Shown: positions 37,790 to 50,764 of the stretch, piece after piece | Numbering within the stretch: the stretch's first letter is position 1 | Layout of the letters: each line of letters opens with the position of its first letter | NCBI GenBank assembly: GCA_001949185.1 | Contig: BDGG01000001.1 | Span: 8,155,067 to 8,219,066 of the forward strand | DNA: 64,000 nt | Reading direction: 5' to 3' | DNA from: Ramazzottius varieornatus | Taxonomy: Eukaryota > Animalia > Tardigrada | The notes under the pieces: model-generated | The model's input: only the letters and a program-made list of their open reading frames with translations | Told to the model about the DNA's origin: nothing | The model's database searches: none | Program-made: the position numbers and the translations under genes

Positions 37790-40663
37790 ATGACGAGCGC
37801 GGACAAATTCACCATCATCGAAGGATGCTCCGTGTCCAAAGCTAGGACCGGCCTCCTGCAGCTGAGCCACTACGTTATCGAGACGCCCATGTTCATGCCA
37901 GTCGGTACGAAGGGATGTATGAAAGGCGTTCTCCCGGAGCAACTGGAGGAGTTGGATGTGCAGATTATTCTCGGTAATACGTATCATCTGGGACTGAAGC
38001 CAGTAAGAACAGCAGCCGAATTATACCGTCGACCTGAAAGTATCTCTGTTGCCTTTTCGAAATTTCCTTCGGTATTCCAGGGACCGGAACTACTTCGGAA
38101 AGCTGGAGGTCTACATAAATTCATGAATTGGAAACGGGGAATGTTAACGGTAAGTTTGCTGCAATGGATATAATAGAATCGCATTTTCTCTGGAATTTCA
38201 TCATCATCGGCGCCTGACGTCATAACGTCGCGGCCTGTTTGCGTCAGTTTATAATGCGCTTGTTGGGAAGCGCCATGACGTCTAGCGTCGATTGAAGTGG
38301 GCAATGTTATCTGTTCTTGAATTTCCCGAAAACTGATTTCAGATTGGTTCTGTTGTCTTGCTTTCCTTACATTCCGCTCATCCATTGTCTTCTTGTAGGA
38401 TAGTGGAGGTTTCCAGATGGTTTCTCTGCTGAAACTGACCGAAATCACCGAAGAAGGTGTGCAGTTCGAGTCGCCCTACTCCAGCTCGAACCCTTCAACC
38501 GCGTCCAAAGGACGGAAGAAATGGAAATCTTCCACAGGCACGGAGAAGGCACCAGGTAGTCCGAGAGCCGATGGGGAAGCCGTAGTCCCTTCCAAAGACC
38601 TGATGATGCTGACACCCGAGAAGTCTATGGAGATTCAGAATGCCATCGGAGCGGACATCATGATGCAGCTGGACGATGTCGTGTCGAGTACCACGACGGG
38701 ACCTCGCGTTGAAGAAGCTATGGACAGGTATGAAACTCCCTCTTCCGTGTCTCATCTAATGCTGAGAAATTATTCTTTTCCTTCGTAGGTCCATACGATG
38801 GCTGAAACGATGCGGGAAAGCTCATTCGAGAGCGGACGAGCAGTTTCTCTTTCCCATTGTAAGTCAGACCCTTCATTCTTCGGACAAAGTATTTTGTCTG
38901 TTTCCGCGATCGCACGGAAGAGCGAAGGATCTGTTCTGTCTAGGTTCAAGGAGGTCTGAATATGACACTTCGTGAGAGATCCGTTTCAGGTAAGCTAACT
39001 GGAATTTTGCTTTTGCTTGCTAGATAATTTCGTACGTCGGCAGATGATTCCACGCAAATCGTTTTCCTTAGTGGCGTACATTTCCATTGTTACTGGTTGA
39101 GAGGGTGCGTCACCGGGGAAAACGATCCGGGCAATTCATCTAACCAACGGCCCATCTTGCTTGGGAGAAAGAAAGCTTTCTGCGGAATGACTTTTATTTC
39201 GGTTGCTTGGTTTGCAGGTATTCTAGAAGATGAGTACACCGGCTACGCGATCGGGGGTCTGAGTGGCGGTGAGGCCAAGAACGATTTTTGGAAGGTAGTG
39301 GACGCTTCCACCACTCTCCTACCCAAGTCGAAGCCTCGCTATGTCATGGGCGTTGGCTACGCCGAAGACCTTGTGGTCTGCTGCGCTCTGGGCGCCGATA
39401 TGTTCGACTGTGTTTTTCCCACCAGAACCGCCGTAAGTCGTCCTTCTTTCTTTTCCGCTGTATGGGCAAATCCGCATCAGATTTCATAGAACTGTAGAAA
39501 AACAACCTGAATACGGAGGCAATATCGTCTGTCAGAATCATTAACTCTAGAATGCTCGACTTGTCACACGTACTGATTTGCGATACAGATTAAGGAACCC
39601 TTGCCGGTTTATTTTTCCAGCGTTTTGGGTGTGCTTTGGTTGATGCCGGTCAGCTCAATCTCCGACTGAAACAGTACGCAAGTGACCACACACCCATCGA
39701 TCCCACGTGCAAATGCCTAACTTGTCAGCGGTACACGCGCTCTTACCTTCACCACATCGTTACCGACATCCCGACGGCAGCGCGGCTCATGTCCATCCAC
39801 AACATTGCCTACCAAGTAACCTTCCTTCCCTTTACTGACAGCTTGCCAAACAAACGCGTCAAGATTTCTCTCCCGAGTGGCGCACGCTTCCAGTACAGTC
39901 CAGTCGCTCGAAATCCGTACCAAATTTCTGGCTCTCGATCCAGAGCCCGCCATACATTCACCATGCAGCACGCCATGATAAATGCCAAAATCACGTAACA
40001 CAAGCACCTTGTCTTATCTTGTTTAATCAAGTAATCAACCGCCAGATGACTGGCTATCTGGGCATGGCGAGCAGTGTGGTTAACTTCCAATGATTTTCAC
40101 GTTTTAGAAATGCGAAAATTTGGTACGGATCTCGAACGACCGGACTGTATTATTGGCTGGAAAGCGTGCGCCACTTTGGAAAACGAGTTTGTCTAAGTCG
40201 TGTTTGGTTTTCCAAAGTGACGGACGTTTCCAGTATTATTGACTGAAGTGTGCGCCACTTGGGTAAAGGGGTCTGGCTCAGTATGATTTTTGTTTCCTTG
40301 AGTGGCGCACGTTGTCAGCGTTATTGGCTGCGATCATGCGTCGCTCTGAAAAAGGATCTTTTCGAGTCTGTTAGCCTAATTCCTAAGCTAAACGCGGCCT
40401 TAGCGAGGGCGTGGTTTTCGCAGATGAACCTGATGAGGAGGATAAGGAACAGTCTTCGCGTGAACCGTTTCCCCGAGTTCGTGACGCAGTTCATGCAGAA
40501 CCGCTACGGTGACAAAGAAATCCCTTCCTGGATAACTGATGCCCTGACTTCGGTCGGTATCGTCCTTACTCGAGACACTCAAGCCGTGTCCAGTGATTCT
40601 ATCGACTCACAATCTGACCGGAAGAAACGCTCGGCGGACGGGGAAGAGACCGGTGAACAGTGA
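37790..40663 (+). CDS. QTRT1: Queuine tRNA-ribosyltransferase catalytic subunit (TGT)
   Basis: [73 protein letters not shown] zinc site; alternative ATG at 37754. Confidence 0.96.
39841..40375. repeat. GTGGCGCAC palindrome family, 3 units, interrupted by a MITE
   Basis: GAGTGGCGCAC at 39875 pairs with GTGCGCCACTT at ~40167 across the MITE. Confidence 0.8.
39896..40147. mobile_element. Tc1/mariner-type MITE in a QTRT1 intron
   Basis: TA-CAGTCCAGTCGCTCGAAATCCGTACCAAATTT ... AAATTTGGTACGGATCTCGAACGACCGGACTG-TA. Confidence 0.8.
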
Positions 40664-41803
40664 AGAACGAACAACGAGGAAGTAAGTTCGCTTTCAGTTT
40701 TGGCCGCTAGAAATAGACTGCTGAGTTCCGGTTGAATACTTTATCCGTAATAGATGTATTGAGTTGAACTGATGGGAAAGTAGTCATGTGGTGATGCGCA
40801 GTGTCCCAGAAATAGAAATCGGTGGTAATGATGAACGAGAAAGTTGGCTTTTGGTGTGTGAATATGTGAGGTGTGTTAGTCATTGTGCTTACTGACCTAG
40901 AGCTCGGAAGACGAATTTTGCTCCAGCTGCATCTTGATCAAGGTGATGTAATGACTGGTGCATGAGCATTCTTCTTGGAGAAGAATTTGTTCGGTGGCCC
41001 GGTGCGATAATTGACCGATTTGCCGATATTTGTCAATCAACAAAACTTGCTTCTGTATACTACATGTTATTTCTGAAAAAAAATACGCCCGACTAAAATA
41101 ACAGAAGTTTTTGAGTAATCTGACAGATTCGGCCACACTCGAAATTTGAGCTCTACAAAGTGGACAATATTGTTTTTCACAAGTAGCGCACGTTATCAGG
41201 GTTTTTGGCTGATAGCGTGCGCCACATCGAAAAACAATCCTGTCGTGTTTGACTGTTGTCCCAGGTGGCGCGCTTTTCCAGCGTTGTTGGTTGATACGGT
41301 GCGTCACTTGGGAAAAGAATTTTGTCCAGTTTATTTCCCAGCTCCACAATGACTAAGGATGAGTCGGCAAACCGGTTGAGCCTTTCATAGCACCGAACTC
41401 CACATCCGAGGTTTCATCGCGAGGTTCCACCATGTGGTGCGCACCGTGTTCCTCGGTCAAGGTTTTTTGCGCGTATGATGAAATTCTGATTATAAGGATG
41501 CAGGTTTTCTTCACACTTTATTACGGCTATGATAAGGCACACCTGTGAAATATTTGAGCGATACTAGGTGAAACATTGGTACCTTTGCTCGTTGCCCTAT
41601 ATCTGCAGCTGGTGTCATGGCGGATGCTCGTGAAGCGGCTAAATTGCACCACGCTATGTTGTGTTGACCATCGAGAGATAGTTCGGAGCAGACCCACGAA
41701 GAAGTCGTGTGGGCAGTTCTCGATGGTCTTGACGAAGTTATGAGTGACAGTGCAGCAGTTATGAGCAATACAAGCACCAAGTATGGGTCAGGTTAATTTC
41801 TCT

Positions 41804-41840
41804 TATAAAAACTCCCACATGGCGCTTAGCTGGGTCAGCT
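41804..41840 (+). promoter_or_regulatory. TATA box + Inr-like element of ZP gene 2
   Basis: TATAAAA at 41804, TCAG at 41835; signal-peptide ATG at 42228. Confidence 0.4.
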
Positions 41841-42227
41841 CAGCACGTAACTTCTTGTTGCTTCTCCGCACAGTCTAACGTTTTGATCGAGAAGAGCTGG
41901 TCTGTGCAAGGTCCAACTAAGTAGTCTTGACCTCGCTGGCTGCCTCGTTCTGCGGTAGTATCTCTTTACGATAGTCACGGCCTGACATACTCCTACCGTC
42001 TTCTACCTGCCTCTTCTTCTTCATCTTCGCTTGGCTTGCCGTTATCGAGGCGAGCGAGTATCCGAGGCCGCTGGTCGGCTTTCTCGGTTGTGTTTTGTGG
42101 TACTGTTGGGATTACGGGAAGGAATATTGTCAAGAAGAGTCGGGAATACTTGGGGACCCCTTTGGCCGTGGTCGGAGTACCATTCTCCGGAATACTCCGT
42201 GGGAAAGCCGCGCCGGAAACCAACATC

Positions 42228-45200
42228 ATGGCCAAGTTATCCTGTATAGCGCTGGCGCTTCTTTTACAGGTTGGTTGTAGATCTTTTGTCCTACTAGAGG
42301 TGAATGGGAATTCGGCAAACGGACTCGACCAGATCGTTTACCCAAGTCGCGCATGTCGCCGGCCATTACCACTGAAGAAGTGCGCCACTTGGAAAAACAA
42401 TCTGAGCGAGTTGAATACCGTATTACTTCGGATACGATATTCATTACTGAGAAAAACTCGTAGGAAAATGTGAAGACAGAAGAAGGATCGATGGTTGGAC
42501 TGAAATTCACTTCAGCAGTCAAATGATTAAGCGAACGATTCTTAATTGAGGGAAAGCTCATAGAAAACTTGTTCTTGTCTGCTTTGTCGATATGTTCCAG
42601 AGTTTTGACTTATGGGCTTATGGTTTGGTATTAATGAAGCATATCGAAATCTTTTCATGAGGGATTCTCTTCGAGTTCCCCGTTAACCCGAATTTGCGAA
42701 GGAGGTGATGTTTGCGAAAGTGGGCCATAAAAGCTGATGATGCCGGTTGAGCGTGGCCCAGATCGGGGAAATGACTTGAAGGTTGATATGTCGGTGCAAT
42801 ATTGGTGCATGGTTATGAGGCAGTTATAGCTGACGGGGAGCCACAAAGCGCCGCAGCCGGCGATGGCATCACTTCCGTAATAATGGCACGTTTCATCATC
42901 TACGACAGTTAGGAAGATACCATTCATTTCCATCAGACCATAAGACCCACTTTTTCTCCTTCAACAACCAAAACTTTCCACTTTTATTTGTGTACACCAG
43001 TTGACCACTTAACAACTTTCGAATTCCCGTCTTTGAACCTTCAACGATTAATCTTCCAAGCCGGAAGAAAAATATCAAATCTGAGATTACCACAATCAGA
43101 AAATTTCAGGCAGTGACCGCTTCAAAAACGCGAAAACCACAGTTTCGAAAAATGCAAGTTTTCGAATGAAGTTTCCGGAAATCAGCTTTGTCCAGTATCT
43201 TTCTGCAAGTATTGAAAGGTACCTTCGGGAAGAAACTGAGAACTTTTCTACGATATTTCTGCACCAATACTGAATATCGGGTTGAAACTCATTTCTGCTT
43301 CCTCGTTTTGTTTCCCGCTGCGCGAATTCGTGGTTATGGGTTTGACAAAGCTCAAAGACACTAGACAGACATACGCCGCTTTTGAAGTTGTAAAAGCTTG
43401 GTTGAATGGAAAACACTGCCGGAAGCGAGTCGACAAAGTTAGCAAGTGTCTTCCGGGGTGCTTTATAATTCTCTTGTAAATTGCTGTTTGCGAGTTGTCT
43501 CTCCATGATGACTGACAAAAGGCGGCCACAATCGTCGTGTGTGTGGTGGTCAGCGCATGCGGGGAAGAGTAGCGATAAGTAGGTGTCCAACTGCAAAATG
43601 TGTCCATTAATTCACACTCGTAAGCGACGCTCAAGATCACGAAGAGCAACGCGGAACATCAAGTCGAGATTATCTTGTGTGTAATTTAATGGTCACATTT
43701 GCAGCGGCTCTCGTAAGTACTTGCCACAAACACGTCAACTCGATATCAAAACATGAGACAAGACAGGAACAGAATCTGATTACGATGAAAATGAATCATC
43801 AAGAAAAATACATGAAAAAAATAATACTTCCTCGTTGAAGAATTCTATTTCTTCCTTTCGCGTCCGTAAGTTTCTAACATGTTCTTTTTCCTTAATTTTT
43901 GACGAACTTGTTAGCTTCTAACTTTGAAATAAACGAGTGGTGAGGTTTTAGTTGTATCCGGTAAAACGTGAAAAAAGATGGACAGTTTCCGCGTTTCGTA
44001 ACCGATTGATTGATTTCACTGAATATTTTTACTGACTCTGTTTTTCCTCTTCTTCCAGGTTGCTTTCACCTTCACAGCTGATTCTTCCAACCGGATAAAG
44101 AGTCTGAACGTCAAATGTGGCGACGCGGACATGCTAGTGGACATTGAGTTTAACCAGCCCTTCAACGGCATCATCTTCTCCAAAGGCTACTTTGCCCGCA
44201 ACGAGTGTGTCTACGTCAAGGCCAATCCTTCCAAGTACAGCTACGAGTTTACCATCTCCTACTCGGGTTGTGGCACAACCGCTGGAGGTTCTGGCATCAG
44301 TACCACCGGAGCTCGACGTTCCGATGGCTTCCTCCGAAGTGAAAGCGATGTGGCTGCCAACGGCACACGCGCACGTCGCGAAGTGGCGGCTGGAACCAAC
44401 GGCTCGACCATTTCTGGGGCCCAGGGTCGCTCACTGGGCGGCTATGGCATGCCAGGTATGGGTTCTGGGCCTGAGCCTTTCGGTGACCCATACGCCTCCA
44501 TGGGCAACCAGGACTTGTCAGCTGGACCAGGTCCAGGCATGCAGATGGGCGCACCAGGTGGCATGGGTGGAGGAATGGGCGAGATGGGCGGTATGGGCGC
44601 TGGCGGAAATCCTTACGCTAATCTGATGGGTAGCGGACCGCAGTACCAGAGCGGACCAAACTCCGCCTACTCTAATCAGATGCCCATCTACGGGGCGGGT
44701 CAGGCGGGCGGATACCACGGCGGAGCGATGCCGCAAATGCCCGCTCCGCAGATGCCTGTTCAACAGCCGAACATGCAGCAACCGTCCGGAGTTTGGAATG
44801 GCGGAGCTCCTCAGGGAGGGCAACAAGTCTTTTCTAACAACAACCAGAACCAACAGTTTTCTCAGAGTAGTGTTCGTCAGCAAGGGAACAACGCCAGGGT
44901 GTCAGGATCGGCTTTCGCCTCGTCGATTCCAGGCGGTGGTCAGGTAGTCAATCAAGACCAACACGATGATCAATCAAGCGAACAAGACATCATCGACTCC
45001 ACTTCTTCGTTGGACAAGAACCAGCCTTTCAGCGAAGACAGGACCGGTGGAAGCAGTCGTTTCTTCGAGAACATCATCATCATTCAGTATGACGCTAACA
45101 TTCAGGAAGTGTGGGATGTGGCCAAGGCGCTGCGATGCGAGTGGCATGATAACTACCACAAGACCGTAGCCTATAAACCTTTCCAGGTGGATTCACTGGA

Positions 45201-47239
45201 AGTCGTGCCTGCGACGTTTGCTGGTGACAACGTCGGAGTCTGGATGACCGTCCAACAAGGTATCACTACCTCTCGTAGACTGAGAAAGCAAACTAGCATC
45301 TTCGTAGTAGTCCGAAACAAATGGCGGAACAAAACATAGCCGAGAGCTCGGCAAAACAAGCTCGACCAGATCGTTTTCCCAACTGGCGCACATTGTCTGT
45401 CATGTTGGCTGGACGCATACACCACTTTGGAAACGATCTTACCGAGTTGGTTTGCCAAGTCCATAAATACAAAAATGGCGGAAATGACATTGCAGTTTTC
45501 GTTTATAGCGAATATTTGGCCCGAATGTCAAAGACGAATGGTCTCCACTTCTCTCTCAACCTCACTGTTCGTCCTTGTTTACAGGCAAAGGACCTTACGC
45601 ACCGGAAGTGAACGGTATCGTCCGCATCGGCGAGTACCTCACTCTGGCCATCGGTATCCAAGACAAGACGAAAAAGTTTGACATGCGAGTAGTCAACTGT
45701 TTCGCCAGCGACGGAAACCGGCCCGCCATCCAGCTGGTGGACGAGTACGGCTGTGTTACACGCCCCAAGATCATGTCGGACATTGCCAAAGTGACCAACT
45801 ACGGAGACCAAGCTAGCGTGGTCGCTTACGCCTACTTCCAGGCCTTCAAGTTCCCCGACTCTGTCGACGTTCACCTGGAGTGCAGTGTGGAGATCTGCAA
45901 GTTCGGCTGTGCCAAGCAGTGTTACAATAAGATGTTGGGTCTTGGCGATGGAAGATCGAGTGGAGCTGCGGTGGCCTCCGTCTCTTCGGATGTCCGGCTT
46001 GGAAGCGTCCTCGGCTCGCGCGGACAACAGTAAGAAACTCTCCTATAATTGGACAAATAGAAAGTTGGGCAATGAAGCTCGACAAGACCGTTTTACCCAA
46101 TGGCGCACGATTACAGTGCTGTAGGCTGAAGGCTTGCGCCACTTGAGCACACGACCGTGACGAGTTTGCGCCACTTTGCTTTGGCAAGTGGCGCACGTTT
46201 CCAGTGCAACTGGTCGACAGCGTGCGCCACTTGGAGAGACCATATTGTGGACGTTCGTTATCGAGTTCACAAGTATTTTTTCTCTGACGTGTTATGGTTT
46301 CTCAGGGGAAGGAAAGTAGACGTTAGCTCGTCGAGTTTCTCGGACGATTCGTCCGATTCGTCCGATTCCGCCTCGTCCTTCCGGTCAAGTTCAGCCTCGG
46401 CCTCCGGAAAGAACGCCGGAGTCCTCAACGTAGTTTCCTCCATGAGCAAGTCCAAGTCTGGTTCGTCGAGCTCCTCTGACAGCGTGGAGGATAACGTGGG
46501 CTCTGTCAGCTCAAGGATCCGCGACTCGTTGAGCAATGGCAAGTTGGTCATCAAGATGGCCACTTCGGCACCGACTTCGTCTGCTGGAGCAGGTCAGTTG
46601 CTTTCACTCTTGGTGAATAAGTATTACCAATAGTTCCATTCGATCAGAGAAGGTTTTTGGATTTTTTTTGTGTGAGAATTTTTATTTGAATTGCCTCGAT
46701 TTTAATCCGCAAGAAGGGCCTATGAGCGTCTTTTTACGGTCTCTTATGGTTACAAGCCCAATCGTTTCCGTCTCTTTTAACCGTTTCCCCTCTTTGCAGC
46801 TTTATACAACGCAATGGGCTCCGATGACGACGATGAACCCATCACCAAAGCCACCACAAAACGAACAACCCACGCCAAGAGAGTCCCTTCGGACGACGAT
46901 GACACGGCCTACCGTCGAAAGCGAGACACTTCCGACAAAGATAGCCAACAGAACGTGGGTATGAAGCGGACTATCCGCGTCGTCGCACCCGGCGACCTGT
47001 CCTTCATGGAGGGTAACCGCAACAACACGGTGGTCTACTCCAACGCTCAGCGTATCGGCGACGACAACGCCGTCTGCATCTCCCCACCCAGCTTCGTGGC
47101 CGGCATCGTCGTCCTGCTGGCCCTGTTAGTCCTGACAACGTTGACGGCGGTTATTCTGTGCATGAGATTGAGGTCGCTGGACAGGGTGTCGAATAAGCTA
47201 AAAGATATGGACATGGAGTATATCAAGCATACCATGTGA
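42228..47239 (+). CDS. Dusky-like ZP-domain transmembrane protein 2
   Basis: Signal exon MAKLSCIALALLLQ, 1.8-kb intron, exon from 44059; IEFNQPFNGIIFSKG, ENIIIIQYD..QEVWD..LRCEW, GKGPYAPEVNGIV, RPKIMS, YAYFQAFKFPDS; RRKR furin site; TM. Confidence 0.92.
45342..45462. repeat. GTGGCGCAC palindrome family, ZP2 intron
   Basis: GAGAGCTCGGCAAAAC..GATCGTTTTCCCAACTGGCGCAC..ACCACTTTGGAAACGATC. Confidence 0.8.
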
Positions 47240-47258
47240 GAGAGAGAGAGAGAGAGAG
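47238..47258 (+). repeat. (GA)n microsatellite
   Basis: gagagagagagagagagagag directly after the stop codon. Confidence 0.9.
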
Positions 47259-47562
47259 GAAAGAGAAGCGGGTTGCCAAACAGTTCTTTCAATGTTCACT
47301 TCCTTCTGCTTTTTCTTTTTCCAATTTATGTTTGTTCTTCAGGGAAAAAAATATGGCGCTGGCTGCCACTCTTTATTTTCCTTTCTGCAGAAAACAAGCT
47401 TTGCTGTTGTAGAATAATCACAGGTTGTTGTGTTATATTGTGAGAAAAGAGCGGTAAGGCCAATTTTTCTGGCTGCTGGTTAAAGACTGTAACACAACGG
47501 AGAAATTAACAAAGAACTCAAGCTAAAATCGCAGAAATGCCTCCTTGTTGTGCTTTGACTCT

Positions 47563-50179
47563 TTAGACGGCAGTTTCGCCGTGAGGCAGAGGGCTTCCGG
47601 GCTCGTAGTAAGGCCCGTCTTCCACCACACCTTGCTCTTCCCTGCGCTTGTCTTTGGAAGTGTCACCAGAATTCAGCACCAGGAAGCTCAGAATGTCCGA
47701 CAAGGAAACCATCCCGACGACACGCTCTTCGGAGAGCACAATCACACGGTGGACCTAAAATGAACACTGACCATTGATAAAAACGATTCCTGCCGAAAGA
47801 CAGACGGCTTTTGTTGGGACACTTACGTCACTCTTCATGATGATCTCGAGAACTGTCGACAACTGATCGTCCAGATCACATGTACAGACTTCTTCTGTCC
47901 ACTACAACCATCAAATAAACCATCAAACAAATTTCCACAATCTCCATGATGGTAGACAAGGAAAAAGATGCCTTACTTGGAGCTCGCTCCTTTCCAGAAG
48001 AGCCTGATGAACCGTCTTGGTTGACATACCGTATGTCTTGTTAGCCGCCAAGTTCTAAGAACAAATGGCAGCTTGGATCATAAACTCGACAAGATCGTTC
48101 TCTCAAGCGGCGCACATTTTCAGTGAAAGTGCATGGTGGCGCGCGCCACTTGGAAAAACAATCTTATCAAGTTTGTCTGCGCGGCTGCGAATATCCGTCA
48201 AAAGACGAACCGGATTTTCTGGAATGCGCCAACTAGGTTGAACTATGTTAGAATTACCATCACATCATATTTGGCATAGACATCCAAGAGCTTTCCGCTA
48301 TTATCGACCACGGGCAAGGCTGAGACATGGCTTCGGCCAAACTTCCTCAGGACTTCCGACAGCGAAGTTTCCGGGAGAACCTACCGGTATCGTCAAAATA
48401 TCATCAAAGAAGGGCAACAGTCTGAAAGTACGGGCTTACCGTTTCAAGGTTGGAGTAGGTGCCCATCCACGGTCGGAGATTTCTCAGCGTACGATGAAGG
48501 ATGTCCGGTAGCAAGAGCTTGGAAGCCAAGCCATCGAGGAGCTGGGCTTCGTGTCCTTGGCTGAAGTGGATCCACTGACCAAGCTATTATTACATTCACA
48601 AGTGCTGCTGTGAACAAGCATCAATACAAGGAGACTTACATAAGCCAGCAGGAAGGAGAGAATCCTCTTGTGGGTGAGAATGTACAACAGGTTGCCGGTT
48701 TGAGGATCCATCACCGGAAGACGGTGCACGTGGTTTCTTACCAGTGACTCCACGGCTTCTCGGATTCTGGAACATAGCGCCTTACATAAAACGATCATGT
48801 CACGCATATGCGACGCTAGAAAAACAGCACGGACAGGATCGTTGTGTCAAACGGCGCGCAGTTCCGGCCAGTCACAATGTAAACATGCGCCACTGGAGAG
48901 AACAGTCTTGTCGAGTTGTTCGCCAGGCTCCCTTAGATTTGCCACCGGAATGTTTCGCGCGTTTTCACTTACGAAGTCTCAGGACAGATCGAGATGAGCT
49001 GTCGCCGTTCATGGCCGAGTAGTTCTCGCCAAGATTGGACAGTCGATTGCTCCATGAGTTGGTCCAGCTCTTCCTGCAGAGCAGAAACCTGACTTCGTAA
49101 ACGTACGTTACCCATCTGTGTGAAAAAATCATCCAAAACTCACGTACCGAACTGAGTTCTCGGTTCTTCAGTAGAACGGCGATGAAGTCCGTGACGGTGA
49201 GCATACCTGGAAGAGAACGATTATAAGAAACTAAACAACCGGAAGCACAGCCTCGGCTTGCGGTCTTACCAACGAAGGCATTCTTTTCATTGTCCCAAAC
49301 TGGAGCAGCCCGAATTCCTGCATTAAGATCCATCTGAATATTTCTTGAGAAGAAGATTCAGAACAAAGTGCATGAGAAATGTACGTACCATTGAACACCA
49401 ACGCGTAGAAGGCCTTCTTGACGCACAGCTCGTTATGGAAGACGATCAGCCTGGTGCTGGTGGGAATTATGTCATAGCACGAATGCGCCTCGGCGAACTT
49501 GAAGAACACGCTGGAATATTCTAGGTCTATAATGCGGAAAACGACCATAGGACCATGTACAGAGGAAAAACAAATTTCACCACACATGAGCAAGAAATGT
49601 TCGACAAGATTGTTTTCTCAAGCGGCGCACGCCGCTAGCCAATGCAACTTGTAAAGTGCGCCACTTGGAAAATCGGCCTTGCTGAGTCTACACGCTTCCC
49701 TAAAGTGGCGCGACTTTGCGGTCTTATCAGCTAGAAGCATGCGCTTCTTGGGAAAAAACGATTCTGTTAGATTTGCTCGCCTGGGCCAAATATTCGAACT
49801 TACGCCGTTCGTTCCCGGCAACTCCGTCGTACGTATATTCGCTGTCTTCCACGGGGTACTATGAAAGAGAAACAGGTACTTTCGCAAAATACAAGCCGGA
49901 TTCTCGGAAAGAAATGAATTTCGATACCGATAGGCTTACCGAGCAAACCTTTCCTTCGGAATTTCGGTAAATCACCTTCAGGTGATGAGGAGATCGCTCC
50001 GAACTGGCGTCAGACAAAGAAAAGTTGGTGCTCGTACTGTCCCATGTCCTGTTCTGTGAGACATCGACATCTCCGGACGGCTCGTTGCTGGTCGTTCGAT
50101 AGAGGTTGCTCGTCCGCTTCTTCCCAACCGTCGAGCTGTTTTCCAGCGTCGTGGCTGGAAACGTGAAGCGCCGCGACAT
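47563..50179 (-). CDS. PRKAG: AMP-activated protein kinase gamma subunit-like (4 CBS domains)
   Basis: [86 protein letters not shown]; ~11 exons. Confidence 0.9.
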
Positions 50180-50764
50180 CCCACCCTGTCGGCATCACAT
50201 CCGCTTGCTCATCTTGGTACCCCGTCTGTCCTTCAGTCCCGCACTCGCGACTTTGACCTGGCAAACCTGCAAAATACAAAATTCGCAACTTGCAACTTGC
50301 AATGATGCAGAAGCAGGGCGAAAACACGGCTGCAAACTACAGCAACATGTAAAAATGGGCGGCGCAGCGAGGCTGCTTTCGATGAGTTCGATCGTTCGAT
50401 CAACTGTAACCGCTTCGCCATTCGATTTCCAACGCTCCCTTTGTGTCAGAACCGAAGGAACTGGCAGAACCAAACCAGGTGCCAAACAGGGCGGGGCCAG
50501 AAAACCCAAACACATGCGCACGAATCACAACTTTTAGTCCTCATAGGTACGTCCTGAATCGCCCTTTTCGACTTTATGGTGGTCTTTGTGGAACCGCTAG
50601 AACACCCAGGAACGGTTGCGCTTGCGGAGGCGAAGTTTTTTGGCGAAAAGACTTTTCCGTAGAAAGCTGTTAAGCTGTTCAATCAAGCCGGTAGACCACC
50701 CTTCTAAGGTTCCGATACAAGTTCCCTTTCTTACCTTTTGACGATTCTCCCGGGGGAGACAAAG

